Source of the DNA: a virus
Taxonomy: Duplodnaviria > Caudoviricetes
DNA length: 25,469 bases
Virus record (IMG/VR): IMGVR_UViG_3300006164_000041
Coordinates: 1-25,469 of that record
Strand: one strand, 5' to 3'
Positions 1-7,933 of the stretch are shown piece by piece. The stretch's first letter is position 1. The number at the start of each line of letters is the position of its first letter. A program made the position numbers and the translations under genes. Below the pieces are notes generated by a model that saw only the letters and a program-made list of their open reading frames with translations, was not told the DNA's origin and made no database searches.

Positions 1-100
1 AGGATGGGAGGGAGTCAGCGCGAGTTATCTACTCACCTGATAAACCGCTTAGCTGTGGGGCGAAGGTATGGATTGAAACAACAAACGAAATTAAAACATT

Positions 101-277
101 ATGAAAGAAAATAAAATGAGCTGGAAAACTAGAAGTTACGTAGTATACCGAGTGTTTCAAAACACCGATGAAAAGGAAACATTGTACACAGACCTGACAA
201 GGGAAGAAGCGGTGTCCATAGTGAAGGCTTCACCTAGTGAGGATGGTTCAATGGTTATATTCGATAAAGATTGTTAA
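101..277 (+). CDS. Small hypothetical protein (58 aa, MKENKMSWKTRSY...IFDKDC)
   Basis: Hand-translated ATG..TAA ORF below the track cutoff, A-rich leader ttaaaacattATG. Confidence 0.65.
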   Translation: MKENKMSWKTRSYVVYRVFQNTDEKETLYTDLTREEAVSIVKASPSEDGSMVIFDKDC

Positions 278-282
278 TCTAA

Positions 283-363
283 TGGGGAGTTCGTGTGTTT
301 CATTCTAAAAGAAAAAGGTGAAGACCTTACTTAGCTTTGGATAGCTGCACAATGAGCTCCCTA
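283..363 (+). ncRNA. Putative structured multibranch RNA element
   Basis: Outer stem 285-298 with 347-361 (one bulge, G-U pairs) enclosing hairpins TTCT/AGAA, AAGGT/ACCTT and AGCT/AGCT; fills the intergenic gap. Confidence 0.4.
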
Positions 364-383
364 TTTTATTAAAACAAAACAAC

Positions 384-530
384 ATGAAAAGATTGATAGG
401 CGTAAAAGAACTGAGGGCACTCATGGAAGAGCCCAGACCCATACACGAAAAAGTGGAGGTGATAAACAACCTAGCTAAGAAGTGGATGGAAACAGAAATG
501 CAAATAGTAATTAAACATTACATAAGGTAA
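384..530 (+). CDS. Small hypothetical protein (48 aa, MKRLIGVKELRALMEE...)
   Basis: Hand-translated ORF with A-rich leader aaaacaacATG. Confidence 0.6.
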   Translation: MKRLIGVKELRALMEEPRPIHEKVEVINNLAKKWMETEMQIVIKHYIR

Positions 531-574
531 AGAACTTCGAAAAAAGTTTTAACACAAGGTCATAACGATGACCA

Positions 575-668
575 GTGAGTGTCTGGCGTAGTCCGATAGG
601 GAGTGATGTACCTATCCGACTGACTGCTTTATTGGTTTAGCAGAGGAGTTCGATTCCCCTCACTCACA
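575..668 (+). ncRNA. tRNA-like element without canonical D-stem or anticodon arm
   Basis: Perfect 7-bp acceptor stem GTGAGTG/CACTCAC; T-arm AGGAG-TTCGATT-CCCCT (one mismatch) in the canonical position; internal hairpins GATAGG/CCTATC and CTGCT/AGCAG. Confidence 0.55.
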
Positions 669-688
669 CTAATTTTAATTTATACACA

Positions 689-775
689 ATGACAATAGTA
701 ATTTTAATCGCAGCGGCTTCTTTGATTGCGTGGTATCTCGAACACCAAAACTTAAAACACAATGACAAAAGATAA
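689..775 (+). CDS. Small hydrophobic membrane peptide (28 aa, MTIVILIAAASLIAWYLEH...)
   Basis: Hand-translated ORF with one hydrophobic segment; overlaps the start of the next ORF. Confidence 0.45.
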   Translation: MTIVILIAAASLIAWYLEHQNLKHNDKR

Positions 776-983
776 GATGAAGTTTAACCCCATGAGCAAA
801 GACCCAGTAACGTCGGCTTATACTCAGAACAAATGCTTGGATGCTATGCATCTAGTTAATCTGTTTATGATATCATATGATAAACACAGACACGAGACTC
901 AAACTAAACTCAAGCACTTTGAGTTTGTGAACGCTATGGATGTATTCCATAAGGAGTGTAAGCTATACGGTTTCAAAGAATAA
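762..983 (+). CDS. Hypothetical protein
   Basis: 73-aa ORF with A-rich leader, co-oriented with neighbours. Confidence 0.65.
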   Translation: MTKDKMKFNPMSKDPVTSAYTQNKCLDAMHLVNLFMISYDKHRHETQTKLKHFEFVNAMDVFHKECKLYGFKE

Positions 984-1049
984 TAATAGTCAAACAATTT
1001 ACAGTCAATGTATTAACCGCTTTCAAGTAAAGCAAAACTTTAATTTATA

Positions 1050-1529
1050 ATGAATAATTTATTTTCAAACCAAGACTTTAAGACTAAGTCTTTAAAATCA
1101 GTCACACCGATCATACCTAAGCACAAGCACCGATCTTGGGTTAGTTACATAAGCAAAAAACTTCTTAAAAGTCGTAATGTAAAGCAGTTGTCCATTCTTA
1201 TGGGTGGGTATACAAGTAACTACATGTACAGCATATTAAACGGAACGTACAAGCCTACTCAAAGATTTATAGACACAGCTTACAACTCTCTTCTGGTTCA
1301 CGGAATAGACCCTATTACAGGATTAAAGATTCAAGAAAAGATTAATGTTAAAGAATCTGATTTTGTGAATCAAACACCCTCAGTAGAAGCAGTTAAAGTT
1401 AAGGATGAGTTAACAGAGTCTAATACACCTGATAGTCAGCTGGTTAAAACTTTGATCAAGCTTTATAAAACAGGAGTTATCAATAGCAGTACTCTTAACG
1501 AATCTTTAAAATCTGTGTGTGGAATTTAA
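1050..1529 (+). CDS. XRE/Cro-type helix-turn-helix DNA-binding protein
   Basis: VKQLSILMGGYTSNYMYSILNGTYKP resembles the XRE HTH signature ending in NG..xP. Confidence 0.55.
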   Translation: MNNLFSNQDFKTKSLKSVTPIIPKHKHRSWVSYISKKLLKSRNVKQLSILMGGYTSNYMYSILNGTYKPTQRFIDTAYNSLLVHGIDPITGLKIQEKINVKESDFVNQTPSVEAVKVKDELTESNTPDSQLVKTLIKLYKTGVINSSTLNESLKSVCGI

Positions 1530-1531
1530 TT

Positions 1532-1600
1532 CCCCCTTATATAACCCCCTATATACAGTATATAAACTATATATAAACATACAAAAAGAAAACTGTATAG
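1532..1600. repeat. AT-rich cluster of short direct and inverted repeats
   Basis: CCCCCT(T)ATATA twice, TATATAAAC twice (1559-1567, 1570-1578), inverted repeat TATACAGT (1552-1559) / ACTGTATA (1592-1599). Confidence 0.5.
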
Positions 1601-1631
1601 AGTGTTAGAGTTAATAAAGTTAGTGAAAAAC

Positions 1632-1662
1632 TTGCTTTTTAGAAAACTTCAATATAAATTTG
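1632..1662 (+). promoter_or_regulatory. Bacteroidota housekeeping-sigma promoter (-33 TTG / -7 TAnnTTTG)
   Basis: TTG at 1632-1634, 20-nt spacer, TAAATTTG at 1655-1662, directly upstream of the replication operon. Confidence 0.75.
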
Positions 1663-1666
1663 CAAA

Positions 1667-1686
1667 CAATTCAATTCAATTCAATT
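1667..1686 (+). repeat. (CAATT)4 microsatellite in the 5' leader
   Basis: Four perfect pentamers between the promoter and ATG 1690. Confidence 0.8.
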
Positions 1687-1689
1687 CCA

Positions 1690-2253
1690 ATGAGTAATTA
1701 TAAATTCAAGACAGTTAATATTCGCGGTAAAAAATACGTGGAAGTTAAGGAGCGTGTTAAGTACTTCCGCCAAGAGAAAAAGTACGAGGGTTGGTCAATA
1801 GAAACTGACTTCACGGTATTAGATGGAGAGCAGTGTGTCTGCAAGACAACTGTTTCTAGTGCTGATGGACAGGTTATAGCCACTGGGCATGCTCATGAGT
1901 TAAGGAACTCTTCAAGCATAAACAAAACAAGCTATATTGAAAACTGTGAGACTTCATCTATTGGAAGAGCTCTAGCGGTAATGGGTATAGGTGTTGATGA
2001 TTCCATGGCGTCTGCAGGTGAAGTGTCTGAGGCTATCGCAAAACAAAGCGAGCCCGCAAAGAAACCCAACGTTAAACCTTCTGCAATATCAAAAGATAAA
2101 CCCTCCCCACCTGTAGATAATATTATGGACAAGGCAGTTGGTTACATTAAAACGTCAGGTGATAAGAACGCTGCTTTTGACATGATCATGAAGAAGTATT
2201 CATCTCAGCTTAGTGACAAGCAAGTCGAGGGTTTAAAGAAGTTTGTACGATGA
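1690..2253 (+). CDS. Putative single-strand annealing protein (Rad52/Sak/Erf-like recombinase)
   Basis: N-terminal IRGKKYVEVKERV and YIENCETSSIGRAL..MASAGEV motifs; Pro/Lys linker; near exonuclease and SSB-like genes. Start moved to ATG 1690 because TTG 1660 lies inside the promoter. Confidence 0.65.
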   Translation: MSNYKFKTVNIRGKKYVEVKERVKYFRQEKKYEGWSIETDFTVLDGEQCVCKTTVSSADGQVIATGHAHELRNSSSINKTSYIENCETSSIGRALAVMGIGVDDSMASAGEVSEAIAKQSEPAKKPNVKPSAISKDKPSPPVDNIMDKAVGYIKTSGDKNAAFDMIMKKYSSQLSDKQVEGLKKFVR

Positions 2254-2705
2254 AACCTGCTCAACGTAAAGACCTATGGGCTAAATGGGAGAAGCTTTTA
2301 GCCGATGATAAAAAAAATAAGAACAGACGTCATCGCTTTAAGGTAAGAGAACTGACTTCGTTATTGAGTCTTTGGTGGGAAAAAGAAAACAAAGATGTAG
2401 TAGCTGCATTCTTAAATGAAGAGCGTTTTGATTCCGTTATAGGTGACTCAGGAGAAACTTGTTTTGAGTTCGACAAAGAGGCTGCAGATTCTCTTAGGTT
2501 TATAGCAGACTTAATGGACGGTAGCGCTAACATACAAGATGTTAGTTTCCCTCAAATATGGAATGCTTGGATGAACCTTAGATTCTCTGATGAGTTTATA
2601 TCTAACACATGTTTAGATGGCGTTATAAGTTCTGAAGGTTTTAGTACTCCATACGTAAACTTAAATATGGCTGAGGATTTAACAGAAAAATTTATAAAAT
2701 TATGA
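2250..2705 (+). CDS. Hypothetical protein
   Basis: 151-aa ORF coupled by ATGA overlaps at both ends. Confidence 0.75.
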   Translation: MKPAQRKDLWAKWEKLLADDKKNKNRRHRFKVRELTSLLSLWWEKENKDVVAAFLNEERFDSVIGDSGETCFEFDKEAADSLRFIADLMDGSANIQDVSFPQIWNAWMNLRFSDEFISNTCLDGVISSEGFSTPYVNLNMAEDLTEKFIKL

Positions 2706-3484
2706 GTTTAAGAGATCAATTACAGGAGCGAGTAGGCAAGGGTCACTTGTCATACTCGTCAATAAAGTATGCGCTTGGAGACATGCGTCTATGGGAAATG
2801 AAAATGAAGGGTGAGATGAAGTACACCTCGGATGCTTTAACTTTTGGAACGCTATATGATATGCTTCTATTTGAAAAAGAAAAAGCTATGAAAGAATACT
2901 TAGTTTTAGATTCTGACCAGATACTTTCTAACTGCTCTCAAAAAACTCAAGATTCAAAGAGCCCCAACTTGACAAAAGAGTACAAAGAAGCTAAGTCTGT
3001 CTTAGTGAATGAAGCGAAGGACAAAGGCAGAACGTTGGTGTCTGGCGAGGACTGGAAAAAAGCTAACGATATGATTGACAGATTGCATGCTTGTGGTCTT
3101 GTAGAGAAGAGGCTGAAAGGCAAGTATCAGGTTGAGTTTAACGAGGAGTTAGACGGCGTACCTCTTAGAGGGTTCTTAGACTGTCTTGGTGATGATTACA
3201 TCACTGATAGCAAGTCCTCAAGAAGCATAGATAAATTTAAATGGGATGTTGGTTCATTTAGCTATGATATACAAGCCTATATATATACGCAAGTTTTTGG
3301 AATAAAAAACTATTACTGGGTGGTACAAGAGAAGACGTATCCGTTTTACCCAGCGGAGGTTAAGTGCTCTGAAGAGACTCTATTTAGAGGTGAGATGAAG
3401 TTTCATCAAGCCTTGGGGAATATTCAGCGCTACCTCTCAGGAAGCCAGAATACAGATTCACACCATGCTGTATTTAACGTATGA
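2702..3484 (+). CDS. PD-(D/E)XK exonuclease (RecE/DUF3799-like)
   Basis: LSYSSIK, FGTLYD, RGFLDCL...ITDSKS and YDIQAYIY motifs. Confidence 0.8.
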   Translation: MSLRDQLQERVGKGHLSYSSIKYALGDMRLWEMKMKGEMKYTSDALTFGTLYDMLLFEKEKAMKEYLVLDSDQILSNCSQKTQDSKSPNLTKEYKEAKSVLVNEAKDKGRTLVSGEDWKKANDMIDRLHACGLVEKRLKGKYQVEFNEELDGVPLRGFLDCLGDDYITDSKSSRSIDKFKWDVGSFSYDIQAYIYTQVFGIKNYYWVVQEKTYPFYPAEVKCSEETLFRGEMKFHQALGNIQRYLSGSQNTDSHHAVFNV

Positions 3485-3539
3485 TTTGATGATAGTGATT
3501 CTTCTTGTTGCTTTTATCTACAGTTATTTTAATGTTTAA
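3465..3539 (+). CDS. Possible small membrane peptide (24 aa, MLYLTYDLMIVILLVAFIYSYFNV)
   Basis: Hand-translated hydrophobic ORF filling the gap; could be chance in T-rich DNA. Confidence 0.3.
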   Translation: MLYLTYDLMIVILLVAFIYSYFNV

Positions 3540-3556
3540 TTTTTAATTTTTTTATC

Positions 3557-3856
3557 ATGAGTGATTTAAAGTATGATTCCGTACTCGTAGGGTACACAGA
3601 AGAGCCTCGTCGCAACGACGCAGGCGAAATTACAAGCTGGTCCGTCCGTTTAAAGGACCACGAAATGAAAGAGATGGTAGATAAGTACGCTACCTCTCGA
3701 AATGCTGAAGGGCAAGGGGGTAACGTATACCTAACTCTCTTCATGTCTAAGAACGGCAAATCTTGCTGCAGAGCGTTCGATCCGAACAGCGAGGCTGCAA
3801 AAGAAAAGCGAGCCCTAAAGGCCGCAACAACAGAAAGTGCCGATATGCCATTCTGA
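3557..3856 (+). CDS. SSB-like single-stranded DNA-binding protein
   Basis: Small beta-rich protein with acidic SSB-type C-terminal tail (ESADMPF) within the recombination cluster. Confidence 0.55.
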   Translation: MSDLKYDSVLVGYTEEPRRNDAGEITSWSVRLKDHEMKEMVDKYATSRNAEGQGGNVYLTLFMSKNGKSCCRAFDPNSEAAKEKRALKAATTESADMPF

Positions 3857-4133
3857 TAAACCGTCAGTTAAGTACATGCGTGTTCGTGTCGCGTTTAAAA
3901 AATCTAAACGTGTACACGAGCACGATATGTGGATAGTTACGGTATTTGACACCCCTTCAGATATTATGCGTTACGCTAATCGAGCTATGAGTCAGATGAA
4001 AGAAAAGCTTTTTACAAAGAAAGCCAAGAACAAAGACTTGATAATTCGCAAGATATTAGAGGTGGTAGAATTAGAACATTCAAATTTAACAATAGATGAG
4101 CACAAAAGACAAAATAAACAAAAAATGTCGTGA
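3837..4133 (+). CDS. Hypothetical basic protein (true start may be ATG 3876)
   Basis: ORF in the operon, overlapping both neighbours. Confidence 0.65.
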   Translation: MPICHSDKPSVKYMRVRVAFKKSKRVHEHDMWIVTVFDTPSDIMRYANRAMSQMKEKLFTKKAKNKDLIIRKILEVVELEHSNLTIDEHKRQNKQKMS

Positions 4134-4479
4134 GCTTAATGAGTTACTACTTGAAAAGAATAACGCCTATGGGGACTCAGCTTTGAGTCCTCTGGGCGTT
4201 TTTTCTTCATGTAGCGCCTCAATAGGTTTAAAAGTCAGATTAGACGATAAGCTAAAAAGAATAGCTAATTCAGGCTTAATTCAAGACACAGAAGACACCT
4301 TAAAAGATATTGCAGGTTATATTATACTGCTAATGATTGCAAAAGAAAATGAAAGTAACGATATTCAAAAACGTATACGAGAAGGAGCACCCTCATCACG
4401 TACAACTACAGACTGCGCTCAAGCGCATACAGGAGGGGAAGTCTTTATCGACTATAAAGAAAGTAAGGGAAGGGAATAA
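4096..4479 (+). CDS. DUF1599 / nucleotide-modification-associated all-alpha protein
   Basis: LLEKNNAYGDS...RLDDKLKRI...EDTLKDIAGYIIL signature. Confidence 0.75.
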   Translation: MSTKDKINKKCRELNELLLEKNNAYGDSALSPLGVFSSCSASIGLKVRLDDKLKRIANSGLIQDTEDTLKDIAGYIILLMIAKENESNDIQKRIREGAPSSRTTTDCAQAHTGGEVFIDYKESKGRE

Positions 4480-6154
4480 AGACGAAAAACTAAACCTCCC
4501 CGTTGTATTATTTAGCGGAGAGTTTTCACATAGGTCTGACGAAGCTCTTTTTGAGCATAGCGGATATATAGTTCTTGACTTTGACCACGTAAACGTTAAG
4601 GAGGTTAAAAGCGCTATAGCAATTGATGAGTATGTGTACTCATGCTGGATGTCTCCATCAGGTGACGGTGTTAAAGCTTTGGTTCGTGTAACCAATCCAG
4701 AACGACACAGAGACCACTTTAGGGCTCTAATTAAATACTTTGACAAACAATATGGGTTAGAGTTAGATGAATCAGGAATAAACGAGTCTCGCGCATGCTT
4801 TGAGTCGGAAGATCCTGACATTATAGTTAAAGACAGTTCAACTAAGTTTGGTGCGTTTACTTCAGAAATGGCTGAGGCTCAAACAACTACGAACGAGGCT
4901 TACGATTATACAGACTATATGAGGTTGAACTTGGCGGCTCGTATGATACGTAACGCTGAGGACGGTGAAAAAAACTCTGTACTTATAAGAGCGGCTAAGC
5001 TGTGTGGTGGATACATATCTGCTGGAAGGATGGAAGAAGATGAGGTTTTTAGAATACTTTTAAGAGAAATTCTTAAGAGAGATATAAACTCTGAAGAGCA
5101 GGCCAAGCAGACTATAGTTGATGGGATCGAGAGAGGCAAGACCATGCCTATTAGAGAGCTCATAGACGAAGAGAAAACAGCCAAAAGAGAGATGCTTATT
5201 AATGATGGGGATATGTCATTCATTTCCTCGGACGATGAGGACTTTAGATGGATTGATGACTTCGCTCAAGGTAAGATAGAGATGGGCTTAGACACGGGTG
5301 ACTCAGAGCTGGACGAACACTTTAGATATAAGAAGGAGTTCTTGATAATGAACGGACACTCAAATGTGGGGAAAACAACATGCGCTCTTTACCTTATGGT
5401 GAACTCTGCCATAAGACATGATTGGAAATGGGTTATATACTCTTCTGAGAATAGAACTGCCTCGGTAAAAATGCAATTGATGCAGTTCGCTGTTAACAGA
5501 AAAGCATCAGACATGACTTACGCTCAAAGAAAGATTGCTTACAAATGGGTTCAAGATCACTTTACGGTAATCAGCAACAACCAGGTGTACAGTTATTCTG
5601 ACATGTTGGTATTTATGGAAAAAGTTATTAGACAACAGAAAGTAGATGCTATATTTGTGGACCCGTACAATAGTCTTAAGTTAGACATGGGTAAGAGTAA
5701 TATTGGCGTTCATGACTACCATTATGAAGCAGCATCTGAGTTTTTAACTTTTAGTAAAGCTAATGACGTGGCCGTTTGGTTAAACATGCATGCTGTAACT
5801 GAAGCTCAAAGACGTAAAGGCGCAGACGGGTTACCCATAGCTCCTTATGCGGAAGATACAGAGGGTGGAGGTAAGTTTGTCAATAGATCTGACTGCTTCT
5901 TGACCTTGCACAGAAAGATACAGTCACCTGACCCTAACATAAGATCTATGACAGAGATACATATAAGGAAGGTTAGAGAGGTTGAAACGGGTGGTCGTCC
6001 TTCACCCTTAGACTCTCCTTACAGGATGAGCATGAACCTCTCTCATACAGGTTTTTCTTCATGGGTAAATCAAAACAGTTTATTTAAACCTGTAGATGTT
6101 TCTTCGGAGGCTAAACAAATCCCAATAAACTTAGATTTTATTGCTAAAGTTTAG
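4349..6154 (+). CDS. Primase-helicase: BT4734/VirE-N-like primase domain fused to a DnaB/SF4-like helicase
   Basis: LPVVLFSGEF, HSGYIVLDFDH and SPSGDGVKALV (VirE-N-like); Walker A GHSNVGKT; Walker B IFVDP; ATG 4349 preferred over TTG 4337. Confidence 0.85.
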   Translation: MKVTIFKNVYEKEHPHHVQLQTALKRIQEGKSLSTIKKVREGNKDEKLNLPVVLFSGEFSHRSDEALFEHSGYIVLDFDHVNVKEVKSAIAIDEYVYSCWMSPSGDGVKALVRVTNPERHRDHFRALIKYFDKQYGLELDESGINESRACFESEDPDIIVKDSSTKFGAFTSEMAEAQTTTNEAYDYTDYMRLNLAARMIRNAEDGEKNSVLIRAAKLCGGYISAGRMEEDEVFRILLREILKRDINSEEQAKQTIVDGIERGKTMPIRELIDEEKTAKREMLINDGDMSFISSDDEDFRWIDDFAQGKIEMGLDTGDSELDEHFRYKKEFLIMNGHSNVGKTTCALYLMVNSAIRHDWKWVIYSSENRTASVKMQLMQFAVNRKASDMTYAQRKIAYKWVQDHFTVISNNQVYSYSDMLVFMEKVIRQQKVDAIFVDPYNSLKLDMGKSNIGVHDYHYEAASEFLTFSKANDVAVWLNMHAVTEAQRRKGADGLPIAPYAEDTEGGGKFVNRSDCFLTLHRKIQSPDPNIRSMTEIHIRKVREVETGGRPSPLDSPYRMSMNLSHTGFSSWVNQNSLFKPVDVSSEAKQIPINLDFIAKV

Positions 6155-6179
6155 GCGTTAGTATGTATTTTTACACCAC

Positions 6180-6620
6180 ATGAAAAAGAAAGTAAAGCGT
6201 CCTTCAAAAAAAGTCAATTTAGGTAAGTTTAAAAGCGGTTTAGAAAAGTACTGTGCTGAAGCTTTAGATGCTAGCGGGCTTGAGTTTAACTACGAAGAAA
6301 AAGAGTTTACCTTAATGGATAAATTTAGGTACCCCTACACTTACTTTAAAATGACCGCTAAAAGAAAAGACATGACGAACAGGACGGGCAAGGTACAACA
6401 ACCTATTAGGTACACCCCTGACTTTATGTGCAAAGAAGGCAAATGGGTAATAGAAACAAAAGGATTCTTACACTCTCATCATGATTTCACCATGCGGTGG
6501 AAACTTTTTTTAAAACATATAATTGATAACGATCTTAAATACATGGTGTTTATAGCAAAAAACAAACAACAAGTAAATGCCGCTATACAAGAGATACAAA
6601 AATCTAGAAACAATGACTAA
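6180..6620 (+). CDS. T7 endonuclease I-like Holliday junction resolvase
   Basis: FKSGLE...YEE...YTPDF...VIETKG motif series. Confidence 0.8.
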   Translation: MKKKVKRPSKKVNLGKFKSGLEKYCAEALDASGLEFNYEEKEFTLMDKFRYPYTYFKMTAKRKDMTNRTGKVQQPIRYTPDFMCKEGKWVIETKGFLHSHHDFTMRWKLFLKHIIDNDLKYMVFIAKNKQQVNAAIQEIQKSRNND

Positions 6621-6828
6621 GGAACAGCTGTCAGGTAAATATTTCCTTGCAACAAACAGAATTCACTCATTAACTAATGAGTTGTATGAAAAACTGCACG
6701 ACAAGAAAGGCAGTCCTTTAAATGAAGTTGTGGACGTGTCTGCAATACTTCACGATTACAAAAAGTCTTTAACAGAAGAGCTTGCATTAATAACAGAATC
6801 AATTAAAGAATATGCAGAGCTCCGTTAG
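6613..6828 (+). CDS. Hypothetical helical protein
   Basis: ORF in the operon; ATG 6613 minimises overlap with the upstream gene. Confidence 0.65.
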   Translation: MTKEQLSGKYFLATNRIHSLTNELYEKLHDKKGSPLNEVVDVSAILHDYKKSLTEELALITESIKEYAELR

Positions 6829-7351
6829 TAAAGAAAGATATAAGCACTCTTGGAAAGCAGGTGGGGTTTCAGCCACAAGGTATCAAAGAGCTTGCATAGA
6901 CGCATATAAGTCAACAAAGTCAGAGGACATAAATATGCACGTTGATTACTGGCACCCTAAAGAAAACGGAGAAAGAGATGGTGTAGACGTAAAAGGCAAC
7001 AACCTTCCAGATGAAATTTGGGTAGAGTTTCGAAATGTTAGAGGAGATTTAGGTTGGCTTTTAGGGGAGGCTAAATGGATTGCTTTTGAAATGCCTGAAG
7101 TTAATGGATTCATAAGGGTTGAAAGAAAAGATCTGTATCTTTGGTGTAGAAAAAACATTGACTTTAAAGATTACGTGCTTCTCAAAGAAGACGCATACAG
7201 AAGAATATATCAAAGAATAGGTAGACAAGATAAAATATCTAAGCTAACTATTAAAGACCTTCAAGATCTAAAAAGCTATACTGTAGTTCCTTACAGTTGT
7301 GAATTTATTCACCCAGAAACAGATAACAGGGAGGTTATTTTTGTACCTTAG
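6812..7351 (+). CDS. PD-(D/E)XK restriction-endonuclease-like protein
   Basis: HVDYW...GVDVKG...IWVEFRNVRGDLGWL pattern. Confidence 0.6.
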   Translation: MQSSVSKERYKHSWKAGGVSATRYQRACIDAYKSTKSEDINMHVDYWHPKENGERDGVDVKGNNLPDEIWVEFRNVRGDLGWLLGEAKWIAFEMPEVNGFIRVERKDLYLWCRKNIDFKDYVLLKEDAYRRIYQRIGRQDKISKLTIKDLQDLKSYTVVPYSCEFIHPETDNREVIFVP

Positions 7352-7416
7352 CCACCCGTAAATTTTTAATTTTCTTATAATGAAAACACCTAAGGAAACC
7401 CCTTGGGTAGAAAATA

Positions 7417-7501
7417 TCCTAGCCCACAATTGGAAGATGGGGGTGTCTATTACTGTTGGTTCGGGGGTAGTTATCAGGAGGTTCGAATCCTTCGCTAGGT
7501 T
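7417..7501 (+). ncRNA. tRNA-like element / pseudo-tRNA with aberrant anticodon arm
   Basis: Acceptor (T)CCTAGC/GCTAGG(T), D-arm-like CCA-CAATTGGAAGA-TGG, T-arm GGAGG-TTCGAAT-CCTTC; no 5-bp stem with a 7-nt anticodon loop. Confidence 0.55.
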
Positions 7502-7564
7502 CAATACAATAAAGTCCGTACAAGCGGGCAAAACTATACATCATAACTACTTAAATAAAATAAA

Positions 7565-7933
7565 ATGAAAGAATATTTAATCGAAGAAATTGTTTCTGAA
7601 ACTTACGAAAAACTGGACGTTCCAAGAGATAGATCAAGAATAACAGATAGAGCTCAGACTAGGGCAGCTGTTGGACAGGCTTTGTCTGTTCATTTTAATC
7701 ACAGCCAAATTGCAAAATCTTTAAAAATAGATAGAACCACTGTTAGTCACTACAAAAGAAACCATAAAGAAAATCTTAATCATTGGATTGGGTATAAAAA
7801 CAAATACGAAGTTGCAGAGTACATAACAAAAAACAAAGTTTATCTTGATGTTTCGGAAATAAGTATTGAGTCTGTAAAAGAACAAATAAAAAACCTACAG
7901 AGAAAGCTTGATTATTTAATGCTGTCTGTTTAA
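7565..7933 (+). CDS. DnaA C-terminal-like HTH DNA-binding protein with coiled-coil tail
   Basis: RSR....R...HSQIAKSLKIDRTTVSHY resembles DnaA domain IV (RDHTTV). Confidence 0.6.
   Translation: MKEYLIEEIVSETYEKLDVPRDRSRITDRAQTRAAVGQALSVHFNHSQIAKSLKIDRTTVSHYKRNHKENLNHWIGYKNKYEVAEYITKNKVYLDVSEISIESVKEQIKNLQRKLDYLMLSV

Noticed and set aside
11-68. Possible hammerhead or HDV-like ribozyme (GTC...CTGATAA...hairpin...GGCGAAG)
   Set aside because: The core deviates (CTGATAA not CTGANGA, GAAG not GAAA), stem I does not abut the GTC, no HDV pseudoknot could be built, and the element is cut by the window edge. Two small hairpins are present but unassigned.
4337-4479. Programmed frameshift fusing DUF1599 to the primase-helicase
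   Set aside because: No canonical slippery heptamer, and the primase has its own ATG at 4349. The overlap is best explained as run-on of the upstream frame.
7380-7568. 62-aa ORF as a protein-coding gene
   Set aside because: It overlies the hairpin and tRNA-like element and has no recognisable motif; the RNA interpretation explains the sequence better.
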